From an uncultured Desulfobacteraceae bacterium (GTDB taxonomy: Bacteria; Desulfobacterota; DSM-4660; Desulfatiglandales; B25-G16): a stretch of DNA of 64,000 nucleotides. This document shows, in pieces, positions 46,199 to 55,941 of the stretch. Under the pieces are notes generated by a model. The model saw nothing but the letters and a program-made list of their open reading frames with translations. It made no database searches and was not told where the DNA came from. Numbering within the stretch: the stretch's first letter is position 1; every line of letters starts with the position of its first letter. Position numbers and translations under genes: made by a program. The stretch is from NCBI GenBank assembly GCA_964611035.1, contig CAZSWT010000012.1:89-64088 (forward strand). The letters are read 5' to 3'.

Positions 46199-46593
46199 AG
46201 AAAGATTCTTATTTATTCGATACACATGCCCTTATTTTTTGGAGCAATAAAGAATCGGTATCAGATGATTTTATTATTTTCTTTGATAAGCAGGAACAAA
46301 AAGGCAATATTTTTGTGTCCTCCATTTCATTTTGGGAAATCGCTTTACTGGTTAAAAAGGGTAAAATTGAAATGAGAGATATTCATGCCTGGAAAAATGA
46401 AATACTCACCAATACCAATATTGAATTGATCGATCCAACAGCATCGGAAATGATTGATTCAACTCTCTTACCTGATCACCATAAAGATCCTTTTGATCGC
46501 TTATTGATTGCCCAGGCGTATAGTCATCAATTGTTGTTGGTGACAAAAGATATTTATATTCAAAAATACTCCATACAAACTTTTTGGATATAG
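46180..46593 (+). CDS. vapC: PIN-domain toxin VapC
   Basis: YLFDTHALIFW...SFWEIALL...DPFDRLLIAQA. Overlaps the antitoxin 3' end. Confidence 0.85.
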   Translation: MGGLRLKKDSYLFDTHALIFWSNKESVSDDFIIFFDKQEQKGNIFVSSISFWEIALLVKKGKIEMRDIHAWKNEILTNTNIELIDPTASEMIDSTLLPDHHKDPFDRLLIAQAYSHQLLLVTKDIYIQKYSIQTFWI

Positions 46594-46738
46594 AAATTTG
46601 AGATAATCTCTTTCAGTGGAGCGCAAAAAGCCGCGCCCGCTGAAGAGTATGTTAATCCAATAAACTATTATATGCTTACGTAATCTTTGCCTAGTTTGAA
46701 TATATATTAATAGGTGACTTTCAAAGAAGGAGGGCGCC

Positions 46739-47740
46739 ATGGACTTTGAATTTCATTATTATATCACAGGGATAATAGCCCGACGGGCAGGGTTCAGTGA
46801 GGATGATGCTAAGATCATTGCCTATGCCTCACAATTTGTGGACGACAATGATGTGATCCTTAATGTCACAGATCGGGAAAGCGGACAGGCTTACTCCAAC
46901 TATATCAGCCAGACAATGGACATCCTGAAACCCAAAAAGGCATTGATGCGCATCTATCCCATCTTTCACTTTGTGCCTGGATATCCCATGGCAGAGTCAG
47001 CAAGACGCGCTGACGGCAAGATGCACATCTTGAATACAACACCGGACAATGATATTGCCAATGACATGCTCTCAAGCGCATTTAAAGCCTCTACAGACAT
47101 CCGACCTTACCGTATAGGCATTGCAACCCATGCATATGTGGATACCTGGGCACACCAGAACTTTGTGGGTTTCAACGACAGCTTCAATGGAAGTATCCTG
47201 AACCCGATTCCCAATATTGGACACGCAGAAGCGAAGCACCATCCAGATTGGGTCAGCCATCGATGGGAGGATGACCGGTTAGTGGAAAGCGATATTGACA
47301 ATAATTTACGCTTTATTTCAGCATCGAAGCGATTGTTTGAAAACTACGTTGACTATCTCGGATCAGATCTCTCATGGCCTGATCTTGAAAAAGATCTGCT
47401 TTTGACCATGGGCCGCTCCAGGCGTGGCAACCAATATTATGGGCGGGAGGAGCGCTTGGAAGGCTATTCTCAGATGGCAAAGTGGCTGCCTCTTTACAAC
47501 GAAGATGATTGGTTTAATAAGGCCATAAAACAGGAGGTCCATGGACTTGAAGATTCTCAGGACGGGATTTTCGCCAAATTCACAATCTTTAAAGATCAAT
47601 ACTGGTGGAAAGAAGATGTGGGAAAGGAAGACACCCATTGGTTCAAATTCCAGGAAGCGGTTAAAGAGCATCAGGCGTTAGCCTTGGGCCCAGTAAACAA
47701 GAGGTGCAAGACTATGGGCATCGACATTCATTTGCTTTAG
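46739..47740 (+). CDS. Conserved hypothetical protein, His-rich (possible metal-dependent hydrolase)
   Basis: FHYYITGIIARRAGF...HAYVDTWAHQNF...GHAEAKHHPDW. No confident family. Confidence 0.4.
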   Translation: MDFEFHYYITGIIARRAGFSEDDAKIIAYASQFVDDNDVILNVTDRESGQAYSNYISQTMDILKPKKALMRIYPIFHFVPGYPMAESARRADGKMHILNTTPDNDIANDMLSSAFKASTDIRPYRIGIATHAYVDTWAHQNFVGFNDSFNGSILNPIPNIGHAEAKHHPDWVSHRWEDDRLVESDIDNNLRFISASKRLFENYVDYLGSDLSWPDLEKDLLLTMGRSRRGNQYYGREERLEGYSQMAKWLPLYNEDDWFNKAIKQEVHGLEDSQDGIFAKFTIFKDQYWWKEDVGKEDTHWFKFQEAVKEHQALALGPVNKRCKTMGIDIHLL

Positions 47741-47967
47741 CAAGCTATATTTATCTTTTTTAATATACGTTCTGTACGAATGTTCCATTCTTCATGGCTC
47801 CAATCTTCCTTTTTTATTTAACATGAGGGCCCAGATACCATGTTATGCGATACACCCAAGTAGGAAAAGCGGCTTCTTTTCACTTTTCCCCTCGGGAGAA
47901 TGAGCCAAGATAAGCTTCTTTTCAGCTTTGAGGTTAGAAAAATGCGAGAGCTGAAGGAGCTTTCAGA

Positions 47968-50900
47968 TTAAGTCTCTTTGATCGAATCGTTTCTTCCAAT
48001 CCCTTTAATAGAGCCGTATAAGGTGGGAACAAAGAAGGTGGTGAACAGGGCAGATACCAGCATTCCTCCAATCACCACACGGGCCAGGGGGGCATTGATC
48101 TCTGAGCCTTCCCCAAATCCAAGGGCCATGGGAACGAGTGCGAGAGACGTGGTGAGTGTGGTCATCATAATTGGACGAAGACGTCTTTTTGCCCCAATAA
48201 GGATTGCTTCCCTTAAGGGATGTTCCTTTTTTCTCAGTTTGTTGATGTAGTCAATCATGACGATTCCATTGTTAACCACGATTCCGATAAGGAGGACCCC
48301 TCCGATAAAGACAGGGATCGTAACATTCATGCGGAGAACCAATATCGCGATAATAACCCCGATAGAGGCTAAAGGTACAGTAAACATGATCACAAACGGC
48401 TCGGTGAGTGACTCAAACTGAGAGGCCATTACCATATAAACCAGGACAATTGCCAGTATGATTGCAAACAGGAGCCCTCCAAATGCCTCCCTCTGCTTCT
48501 CATATTCGCTTGCGAAATCAAGGCGAAAGTTACGTGGTAACTTCAGGTCACTGAGTCTCTCTCTGATCTCCTCAACAATGTGACCAAGATCCCGGCCCTT
48601 GATCCCTGCCATTACCGTGATCAGCCTCTCCTGATCTCTTCGCTCAATCTTTGTCGGCCCTTTCCCCTCGGTAATGGTGGCAAACCCCTTCAATGGAATG
48701 TCCTTGCCTCCTGGCCCATTAATGGATATGTTAAGGACATCCCGGAGCCTCCCACGGTCCTCCTCCCGTAATCTTACAAGGATATCAAACTCATCACCGC
48801 CTTCCCTATAGCGGGAGGCCACTGTACCCTCGATATTGGTATTAATTACCTGAAGGATTCGTGAGATCGGAAGCCCCATTGTAGCTGCCTTTGATCTGTC
48901 AATGGCTATCTTGAGCTCAGGTCGGTTGTCTTCAAGGCTTATCCTTGGATAGATAACCCCTTTCACGTGCTTTATCCTGTGTATAATCTCATTGGCAATG
49001 GTCTTTCCCTCCTTAAGATCATATCCCTTAAGGTCTATCTCAAGCCTTTCCTCGCTTCCCCCTCCAAGTATTCCTGTATACATCGATCTTCCCTCGTAAA
49101 TACGAACCTTTGCATCAGGGATGTTAGCAAACTTCGGTCTCAAGCTTGCTACGATCTCTTTTGTGGAATGCTTCCTGTCCTTTTTGTCTATCAGGTGTGC
49201 CCGAAAAAAGGCCATGTGAGACCCTCCCCCACGGCGCCAGTGGGTACCTGAACGGGCAAACATCCCTTCCATCTCCGGAACATCGCTAAGAATTATCTTC
49301 TCCGCTTCACTCGTGATACTGTCGGTGATGTCGAGCCGTGTTCCCACTGGCATCTCGATGACCCCGTTGACAATCCCCTCATCGATCTCTGGAAGGAGTT
49401 CCGTTCCAACACCCTTAATGTGAAGGGTCCAGAATGCCAGAAACAGAAGGAGGACTGATCCACCCAAGACCGTTTTCCGGTGCGTCAGAGACCACCCCAA
49501 CCCCTTCAGATATCCTTCATAGAAGCGAGCTCGAACAGCTCCTGTATCTTTCCTTTCAACCCTTAGAAACCGGGATGAGAACATAGGAATCAAGCTCAGG
49601 GCCACTACTAAAGCAGCTATTAGGGAAAAGGTGACTGTGAGGGCCATCTGCTTAAATATCACCCCCTCTATCCCCTTGAGAAAGAGCAGCGGTAGAAATA
49701 CGCAGATTGTGGTTAGAGTTGAGGCCGTGATGGCCATCCCTACCTCTTGGCTCCCCTCAAGAGCCCCTTCTATCGCACCTCTTCCCTCCTCTCGGTGGCG
49801 AAAGATGTTTTCGAGGACCACAATAGAGCTATCCAGGATCATCCCGATCCCTAGGGCCAAACCTCCCAGGGACATCATGTTGATTGTGAGCCCCATCCGA
49901 TCGAGAAGGAAGAAGGTAGCCCAGATAGCGATAGGTATGGATGCCGAAATGATGAGGGTGCTTCGAATGTTTCTGAGGAAGGCAAAGAGGACTAATATCG
50001 CCAGGATCCCCCCTATGAAGGCGACCTGTTTGACTTGCTGTATGGATTTCCTGATAAAGTCTGCTGTATCAAGAACAACAGAAAAGGTAACTCCTTCAGG
50101 AAGGTCGCTCTTGAGCCTGGGAAGAATTGTTAAAACCCGGTTAGAGACCTGGACGGTGTTGCTTCCCGACCTTTTCCTTACAGCCACCATCACACCACGC
50201 TCACCGTTAATCCTCAGGTGTCTGCGGAGCTCCTTAAACCCGTCCCTCACATCAGCCACGTGCTTCAAGTAGATAGGCCTACCCTGTCTGGTGGCAACAA
50301 TAATATTCTCTATATCTTTCAGGCTTGAGAATTCTCCTAAGGGACGAATCAACCACTCTCTTCTCCCTGTCTCGAGACGCCCTCCTGGAAGTGAAAGGCT
50401 TTCTCCCTTAAGGATTGTGACCAAGGCATCGATGGATAGACCGATGGAGCGAAGTTTCCCTCTGTTGACTTCCACCTGGATTTCTCTCTCTAAGCCTCCC
50501 CATATATCAACGGCCGCCACACCTTCTATTTGTTCGATATCGTACTTGATCCGGTCGTCGGCCAAATCCCTCAGCCTGGAAGGATGGAGTGGGCCTCGCA
50601 GAGAAATGAAAAGGATGGGACGATTTGAAGGGTCGTATTTATAGAGATATGGGTCCTCTGCATCTTCCGGCAGAAAACGGCGCACCCGATCGAGCTGCTC
50701 TCGGATATCGTTGGCCGCCTCCGCCAGGTCCGTTCCCCAGTTAAAATCGACTGTTACAGTGGAGGCATCCTCAGCGGAAGTGGAGCGAATCTCCTTGACA
50801 TTTTCTATGGTGCTGACCCTTTTTTCGATAGTCTCGGTGATGAGCCTCTCGACTTCCTGGGGCCCGGCTCCCTCATATTCAGTATAAATGGTAATGGCTG

Positions 50901-51027
50901 GATAGGTTATATCCGGTAAGATATCAATTGGAAGGCGTAGCAGAGAGATGGATCCAAAGATCAAGATAGCCAGGAAAAACATCGATGTAGTGATTGGTCT
51001 TCGAACAGCCAGATTCGAGAGGTTCAT
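47968..51027 (-). CDS. RND efflux transporter permease (AcrB/HAE1-like)
   Basis: 1019 aa, with 12 TM segments and two large periplasmic loops. The N-terminus AVRRPITTSMFFLAILIFG is typical. Confidence 0.9.
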   Translation of the reverse strand: MNLSNLAVRRPITTSMFFLAILIFGSISLLRLPIDILPDITYPAITIYTEYEGAGPQEVERLITETIEKRVSTIENVKEIRSTSAEDASTVTVDFNWGTDLAEAANDIREQLDRVRRFLPEDAEDPYLYKYDPSNRPILFISLRGPLHPSRLRDLADDRIKYDIEQIEGVAAVDIWGGLEREIQVEVNRGKLRSIGLSIDALVTILKGESLSLPGGRLETGRREWLIRPLGEFSSLKDIENIIVATRQGRPIYLKHVADVRDGFKELRRHLRINGERGVMVAVRKRSGSNTVQVSNRVLTILPRLKSDLPEGVTFSVVLDTADFIRKSIQQVKQVAFIGGILAILVLFAFLRNIRSTLIISASIPIAIWATFFLLDRMGLTINMMSLGGLALGIGMILDSSIVVLENIFRHREEGRGAIEGALEGSQEVGMAITASTLTTICVFLPLLFLKGIEGVIFKQMALTVTFSLIAALVVALSLIPMFSSRFLRVERKDTGAVRARFYEGYLKGLGWSLTHRKTVLGGSVLLLFLAFWTLHIKGVGTELLPEIDEGIVNGVIEMPVGTRLDITDSITSEAEKIILSDVPEMEGMFARSGTHWRRGGGSHMAFFRAHLIDKKDRKHSTKEIVASLRPKFANIPDAKVRIYEGRSMYTGILGGGSEERLEIDLKGYDLKEGKTIANEIIHRIKHVKGVIYPRISLEDNRPELKIAIDRSKAATMGLPISRILQVINTNIEGTVASRYREGGDEFDILVRLREEDRGRLRDVLNISINGPGGKDIPLKGFATITEGKGPTKIERRDQERLITVMAGIKGRDLGHIVEEIRERLSDLKLPRNFRLDFASEYEKQREAFGGLLFAIILAIVLVYMVMASQFESLTEPFVIMFTVPLASIGVIIAILVLRMNVTIPVFIGGVLLIGIVVNNGIVMIDYINKLRKKEHPLREAILIGAKRRLRPIMMTTLTTSLALVPMALGFGEGSEINAPLARVVIGGMLVSALFTTFFVPTLYGSIKGIGRNDSIKET

Positions 51028-52337
51028 GGGTTTTTTTGTCTCCGTATAACCCTCATGGGCATCATATCCTTTAATTCATATTGACCTGCTACTATAACCT
51101 CTTCACCTTCTTGCAATCCCGTCAAAACCTCCACGTATCTTTCTCCCTCAAGTCCAAGACTGATTTCCCTGAGCGATGCCCTGCTATTTTCGTGCACAAA
51201 TACCCTTGTATGGCCACTTTCCCTTATCAGGGAATCTTTTAGTAGCAAAAGAACTCCATTTCGCCTTTGTACAACGAGATTTACCCTGGCAAACATCCCT
51301 GGCTTTAATCGGTGATCTTTATTGCCCACCTGGATTTCAATGTCGGCCATTCTGCTTTCAGGGTCGACAGTAGGGCTGATGCGTGACAATTCGCCCCGAA
51401 AAACCTGTTTTCGATAGGCATCTACAGATATCTCAGATATGGCCCCAACCCTGAGCTGAGCGAGCTCACTCTCCACCACCTGAACAAGGACCTTTACCAT
51501 ATCCATGGCTACAATCCTCACGATTGGAGCAGTTGTGCTTACAAAGGCGCCTTGGTCTAAAAATCTCTTGCTGATAATCCCGCTAATGGGGGCACGAATC
51601 GTTGTATTCTTTAGATGTATCTGGGCGAGTCTCAGTGCAGCCTCTGCTTGACGGATCTGGGCCAGAAGTGCATCGCGGTCCTCCTGCCTTGCTCCTTTTC
51701 TCAACAAGGTCAATTTTTCCTTTGCCGACCTGTATTCCGCCTCACTAAGGGTGACCTGCAACATGGCCTCATCCAGGCGCTGTTGAGAGATAAAATCCCT
51801 TTCTTTAAGGTTTTTCAGCCTCATATAATTATCAAGGCTGGTTTCCCAACTGGCCTTGGTTTGACGGACCAGCTGCTCAGACTGGGTAATCTCCTCCGGT
51901 CGAGCACCGGTTTCCATCTGAGCCCATCTTGCACGAAGTACATCAAGGGCAGCTTGGGCCTCCTGTAGCTGCGCCTCCTTCTCCTCCCTCTCAACCATGG
52001 CAACAACCTGATCTGCCTTTATCCTATCTCCCTGCTCCACCTGGATTTTCTCCAGGATGCCTGAGACCTTGGATAATACATCTACCATTGCTTCAGAAAC
52101 AATAGTTCCAGTCAGATGCAGCCTGCGATCAATAGAGCCACAATGAAGCGAGACAGTTTCTACAGGAATCTGTCTTTTGCGGTTCTGCGCTGTAGAAGAA
52201 TTTGCCTCAATCTCCTTTTTAGGGCCTGTCTGTGTTAAATAAAAAGCGAGCCCGATGAATAGTACCATTACTATAAGGATCAGTGCTTTCTTCACCTCTT
52301 TCTCTCCTCCATCTTCAGATCCACCATCTTTCTGCAA
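51024..52337 (-). CDS. RND efflux periplasmic adaptor (MFP/HlyD family)
   Basis: Membrane anchor, coiled-coil hairpin, and barrel-sandwich and beta-barrel regions. The likely real start is GTG at 52295, preceded by GGAGGAG. Confidence 0.85.
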   Translation of the reverse strand: MQKDGGSEDGGEKEVKKALILIVMVLFIGLAFYLTQTGPKKEIEANSSTAQNRKRQIPVETVSLHCGSIDRRLHLTGTIVSEAMVDVLSKVSGILEKIQVEQGDRIKADQVVAMVEREEKEAQLQEAQAALDVLRARWAQMETGARPEEITQSEQLVRQTKASWETSLDNYMRLKNLKERDFISQQRLDEAMLQVTLSEAEYRSAKEKLTLLRKGARQEDRDALLAQIRQAEAALRLAQIHLKNTTIRAPISGIISKRFLDQGAFVSTTAPIVRIVAMDMVKVLVQVVESELAQLRVGAISEISVDAYRKQVFRGELSRISPTVDPESRMADIEIQVGNKDHRLKPGMFARVNLVVQRRNGVLLLLKDSLIRESGHTRVFVHENSRASLREISLGLEGERYVEVLTGLQEGEEVIVAGQYELKDMMPMRVIRRQKNP

Positions 52338-52614
52338 TTACCCATTGGGATATTCACAAAGAATGGCCTCAAACTATTGATAGTTATTGATAGAGACCCT
52401 AATAAATTTCAATTTATAGGAATTCTAATTAATCTAACATACCAAATAAGAATAATTAATCATAGAAGGGCACCCCATGGCAACACAATTAAAGAGACAC
52501 AAAAGTAATTTCAAAAGAAAAATGGTTGCCAATGGGTGTAAGCTCTGAGGATTTGTGACCTTATAGTGCAAGACACAAGCTCTGCTTTCGGCTTACATGT
52601 TGGTATACAGAAGG

Positions 52615-52654
52615 AATCTCCAATGGCGTGAAAAACTCCGCGCCATTGGAGATT
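52615..52654 (-). terminator. Hairpin downstream of the permease gene
   Basis: 14-bp perfect inverted repeat AATCTCCAATGGCG/CGCCATTGGAGATT. The tail is only moderately U-rich. Confidence 0.4.
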
Positions 52655-52686
52655 AGAAAACACGATTGGACCAATCTATACTTAAA

Positions 52687-54033
52687 TTATGCAAGATACC
52701 TGTCACGCGGCCATTCCGCTATGAGTTTATCCACTTCCTCCTTTTTGGAACGATAGCCCGTGAAGTAGAAAAGGCTACCAATTGCAAGCCAAATAGCTGA
52801 ATAGATCAGGGCCTTGGGACCCTGTAGAATCAGGAAATAAATGGAAATGATAATACCAGCCACTGGCACTATGGCCTTCCATCCGCTCAGCTTCATTGGT
52901 GCCTTTTTAAAGAGATCGGACTGAGTTTTTGGTGCCATAAGAACTGCAACGTGCGTTATGATCCAGTTATATAGAAACATGGCCACAACGATTTCAGCAA
53001 CCAATTGTATCGATCCTGAAATAATCAGAAAAACTGCAATGGCAGCAGTAAGGATCAATGAATTACCCGGCACCCCATATTTATTAAGAGCAGTAAAGGC
53101 CTTTGGAAGGATTTTATCGCGTGATGTCCCGAAAAGGATTCGTGTTCCAACTGTTTGCTCAGCATTATGGGAAGATAAAATAGCAGCCCATGCAACCAGG
53201 ATAATGAAGGTAACCCCAAATGCCCCCATATATTTACTCGCAACCGTTGCATAAGGAGCATCAGATGCAGCGAATTCCTTCCAGGGAATAACAGCCGTGC
53301 ATACGAATGCGGAGACAATATACAGGATTGCTGGCACTAATATGCCCAGGGTAACTCCCCATGTGATCGTTCTTGCTGGGTCTTTGGCCTCTTCACCCAG
53401 ATCAGCAGCCAATGTCAGACCAGCATAGGCAAAGATAAGAAGAGATGCTCCTTTTAAAACCCCTGAAAACCCCATGGGTGTTCCCATAGCAATATATTCT
53501 GAGTTCATCTGGGGTAATCCGAGAATGATAAAAATTAACAGGCCCGCAACCATGAAGAGAAACAGTATGTTCTGAATGACCTTGACTGTCTTGATCCCCA
53601 ACCAATTTATGATAAAAAAGACAATGGTAACAATAACCCCACCTACCAGGATATTGAGTTTTGTCTCAAGCCCTGGAAGCGCATTCACATACATGATAAA
53701 GGCCTTTGCCGTGATTGCTACAGGGCCTATCAGCGCCAGCCACATTGCCCATCCGGATAAAAATCCGGCATAATTAGAGACAACTCTTGTCGGATAGACA
53801 TAGCTTTCTCCGCCTTCCACAGGATACATGAGATTAAGCATAATCGTGCTCAAACCAACCAGTATAACCGGAATAGCACCGATGGCATAAGATAACCATG
53901 TCAAGGCACCTGCAGACTTTGCTGCGATTCCAGTAATGACGAATACACCGGCGCCAATAACAATGCCAGCGGTAATCGCCGTTACACTCAAAACCCCAAG
54001 TTCCTTTCTCAAATGTTTTTCATCGTTTGCCAT
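52687..54033 (-). CDS. APC-family amino acid permease
   Basis: 448 aa with 12 predicted TM segments. The N-terminal LGVLSVTAITAGIVIGAGVF is typical. Confidence 0.85.
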   Translation of the reverse strand: MANDEKHLRKELGVLSVTAITAGIVIGAGVFVITGIAAKSAGALTWLSYAIGAIPVILVGLSTIMLNLMYPVEGGESYVYPTRVVSNYAGFLSGWAMWLALIGPVAITAKAFIMYVNALPGLETKLNILVGGVIVTIVFFIINWLGIKTVKVIQNILFLFMVAGLLIFIILGLPQMNSEYIAMGTPMGFSGVLKGASLLIFAYAGLTLAADLGEEAKDPARTITWGVTLGILVPAILYIVSAFVCTAVIPWKEFAASDAPYATVASKYMGAFGVTFIILVAWAAILSSHNAEQTVGTRILFGTSRDKILPKAFTALNKYGVPGNSLILTAAIAVFLIISGSIQLVAEIVVAMFLYNWIITHVAVLMAPKTQSDLFKKAPMKLSGWKAIVPVAGIIISIYFLILQGPKALIYSAIWLAIGSLFYFTGYRSKKEEVDKLIAEWPRDRYLA

Positions 54034-54076
54034 AAGATCCCCCTTTTATAGTTATTAGTTTAATTGTGATTATTCA

Positions 54077-54973
54077 TTATGGAACTTCCACAATCATACC
54101 GGTATGTAAAGGTGAAAAGCGATCCTTAAAGGTATTGTATAGCTCTACCTGAGCTCTAAACCCAGTACAATGACCGGCATAAACCCTATCAGGATCAAAT
54201 TCTTTTAGCGCCTTGGCAGTTTTTTTGATCCTGCTTTCAGAAGCTTCAATAAGGTGGAAGCCACCAATAATCCCATAAATTTTTTCTGTATCGGTTAATT
54301 TTACTGCCTGTCTGGTAATATTTACAATCCCGGCATGACTACATCCTGTAACAATAACCAGCCCTTTTCCTTTAATATTTGTAACAACAGAGATGTCATC
54401 CAGCATAGGGTCTGTTTTAACCTCGCCGTTATCGATAGTAAAGAGATTTATCCCGACTTCTTCGAAATCTGTTACTCTTTCAACTTCTCCAGTTGTAATA
54501 AGGCCTGGCATTATTTCTAAAGGATCTTTGGTTAAATACAGGGAGCCACCAGAGGCCTCGATATCTGTCTTTTTGTCTCCATCCATAACGCCAACATGTC
54601 TCAAGTAGGGATCAGTAATAAAATTGAGACGGAATATATCTGGATGAGCTATAATAGGGAGGTCTTTCTTGCCTATTTCCTTGATTATTGTTCCCAGGCC
54701 CTGAGTATGATCATAGTGACAGTGCGTTAAAACAACGGCATCTATGCAAGAAAGGCTGATCTGCATCATGTTAATATTTTCGAGCAATGCGGTAGGATTC
54801 TGAGCAACATCAACGAGTACATTTTTCTTAATACCATCTCTTTCTGTAGTAAGGAGAAATGAAACGCCGTGCTGTCCCAAATAAGGGGATTCATATGCCA
54901 CGGTATCTTCTGCAATGACTGTAAGCTTGAGTTTGCTTAATTTGCCTCTGCTGAACATAGGGTACCTCGGCAT
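54077..54973 (-). CDS. MBL-fold metallo-hydrolase (COG1237-like), third paralog in the window
   Basis: THCHYDHTQG motif. Same overall pattern as 38040-38678. Confidence 0.8.
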   Translation of the reverse strand: MPRYPMFSRGKLSKLKLTVIAEDTVAYESPYLGQHGVSFLLTTERDGIKKNVLVDVAQNPTALLENINMMQISLSCIDAVVLTHCHYDHTQGLGTIIKEIGKKDLPIIAHPDIFRLNFITDPYLRHVGVMDGDKKTDIEASGGSLYLTKDPLEIMPGLITTGEVERVTDFEEVGINLFTIDNGEVKTDPMLDDISVVTNIKGKGLVIVTGCSHAGIVNITRQAVKLTDTEKIYGIIGGFHLIEASESRIKKTAKALKEFDPDRVYAGHCTGFRAQVELYNTFKDRFSPLHTGMIVEVP

Positions 54974-55443
54974 GGGTTTTTTAAGGCATTAAACTCCCTT
55001 AAGGAAGGTGTGGATAGCTATAAGAGAAAAAAACTAATTTGTCAAGGGGAAAGCCATAGCTGTGTAAGACCTTGGTGAATATATGGGAAATAGACGGCTG
55101 CTTTTCAAGGGAAAAAGCCATTTCAAGAAATGGTGGCTGATTTGATGCTGTTGCTGGAGTAGTTTGTGTAGACGGTAATATATGCTGAAAAAGACCTTAT
55201 GTAAGAAATAAATCTTTCTCATGATTGTGCTGCCTTTAAGTTAGCTATATATTTGATATAGAAAGAGGGGAGGGTATCATCGAAGATTTGAGAAAAAATC
55301 TATTGACAAATAACAATAAAAAAAATAATGATAAAATATAGTAGTTTCTCATCGACGCACCTAACAGAGGGTTTAGAATGACTTTCAAACTCTCCCTTCA
55401 ACATTTTATCTTTTATTTCCCTAATCTTTTATAGGAGGTAGCC

Positions 55444-55941
55444 ATGAAAGTACTGGTAGTAGATCCCCTAAAATGTTCAGGGGGTAAATCATGCGAGCTT
55501 GCCTGCTCCTTTGAACAAACAGGTAAGTTTAACATTGCAGATTCACGGATAAAGATACACTTCTTTCCCGAACAGATCAATTTCACGCCAACTGTCTGCA
55601 TGCAGTGCAGGGATGCGTACTGTGTGCAGGTATGCCCTACAGGTGCTTTAAGCAGGCGTAAAGAAGATGGCGTTGTGTACCTTGACCAGAATAAATGTAT
55701 CGGGTGTAAACAGTGTATTGTTGCCTGCCCATGGGGATCTGTGAAACTTGATCACGCTGGGGAGACACTGATTAAGTGCGACACGTGTGGGGGGGATCCG
55801 GCATGCGTAAAAGTTTGTACCTCCGGTGCCCTCAAATTTGTTGAAGCAGATGAGGCTGTGCTTTCAAAGCAAAGAAACACAGCAGAAAAGTACATGAAAA
55901 TTGCTGAACAAATGGCAAAAGGGGGTGATGTAAATGCTTAA
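55444..55941 (+). CDS. 4Fe-4S polyferredoxin-type electron-transfer subunit (AorA-like)
   Basis: Four CxxCxxCxxxCP-type clusters. Overlaps the AOR gene by 8 nt. Confidence 0.85.
   Translation: MKVLVVDPLKCSGGKSCELACSFEQTGKFNIADSRIKIHFFPEQINFTPTVCMQCRDAYCVQVCPTGALSRRKEDGVVYLDQNKCIGCKQCIVACPWGSVKLDHAGETLIKCDTCGGDPACVKVCTSGALKFVEADEAVLSKQRNTAEKYMKIAEQMAKGGDVNA

Noticed and set aside
47816-47848. ATTTAAC-ATG...CAT-GTTATGC palindrome after ORF 46739-47740
   Set aside because: It has a perfect RYYYAAC box but spans only 33 bp, below the size of functional attC sites. It is noted as a possible degenerate array end only.
49631-50272. Long antisense ORFs in G+C-richer genes (49631-50272, 30781-31380, 57728-58246, 61939-62385 and others)
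   Set aside because: They lie opposite well-supported genes (RND, trkA, the FAD oxidoreductase, ACD). They have Ser/Pro/Arg-rich shadow-frame composition.
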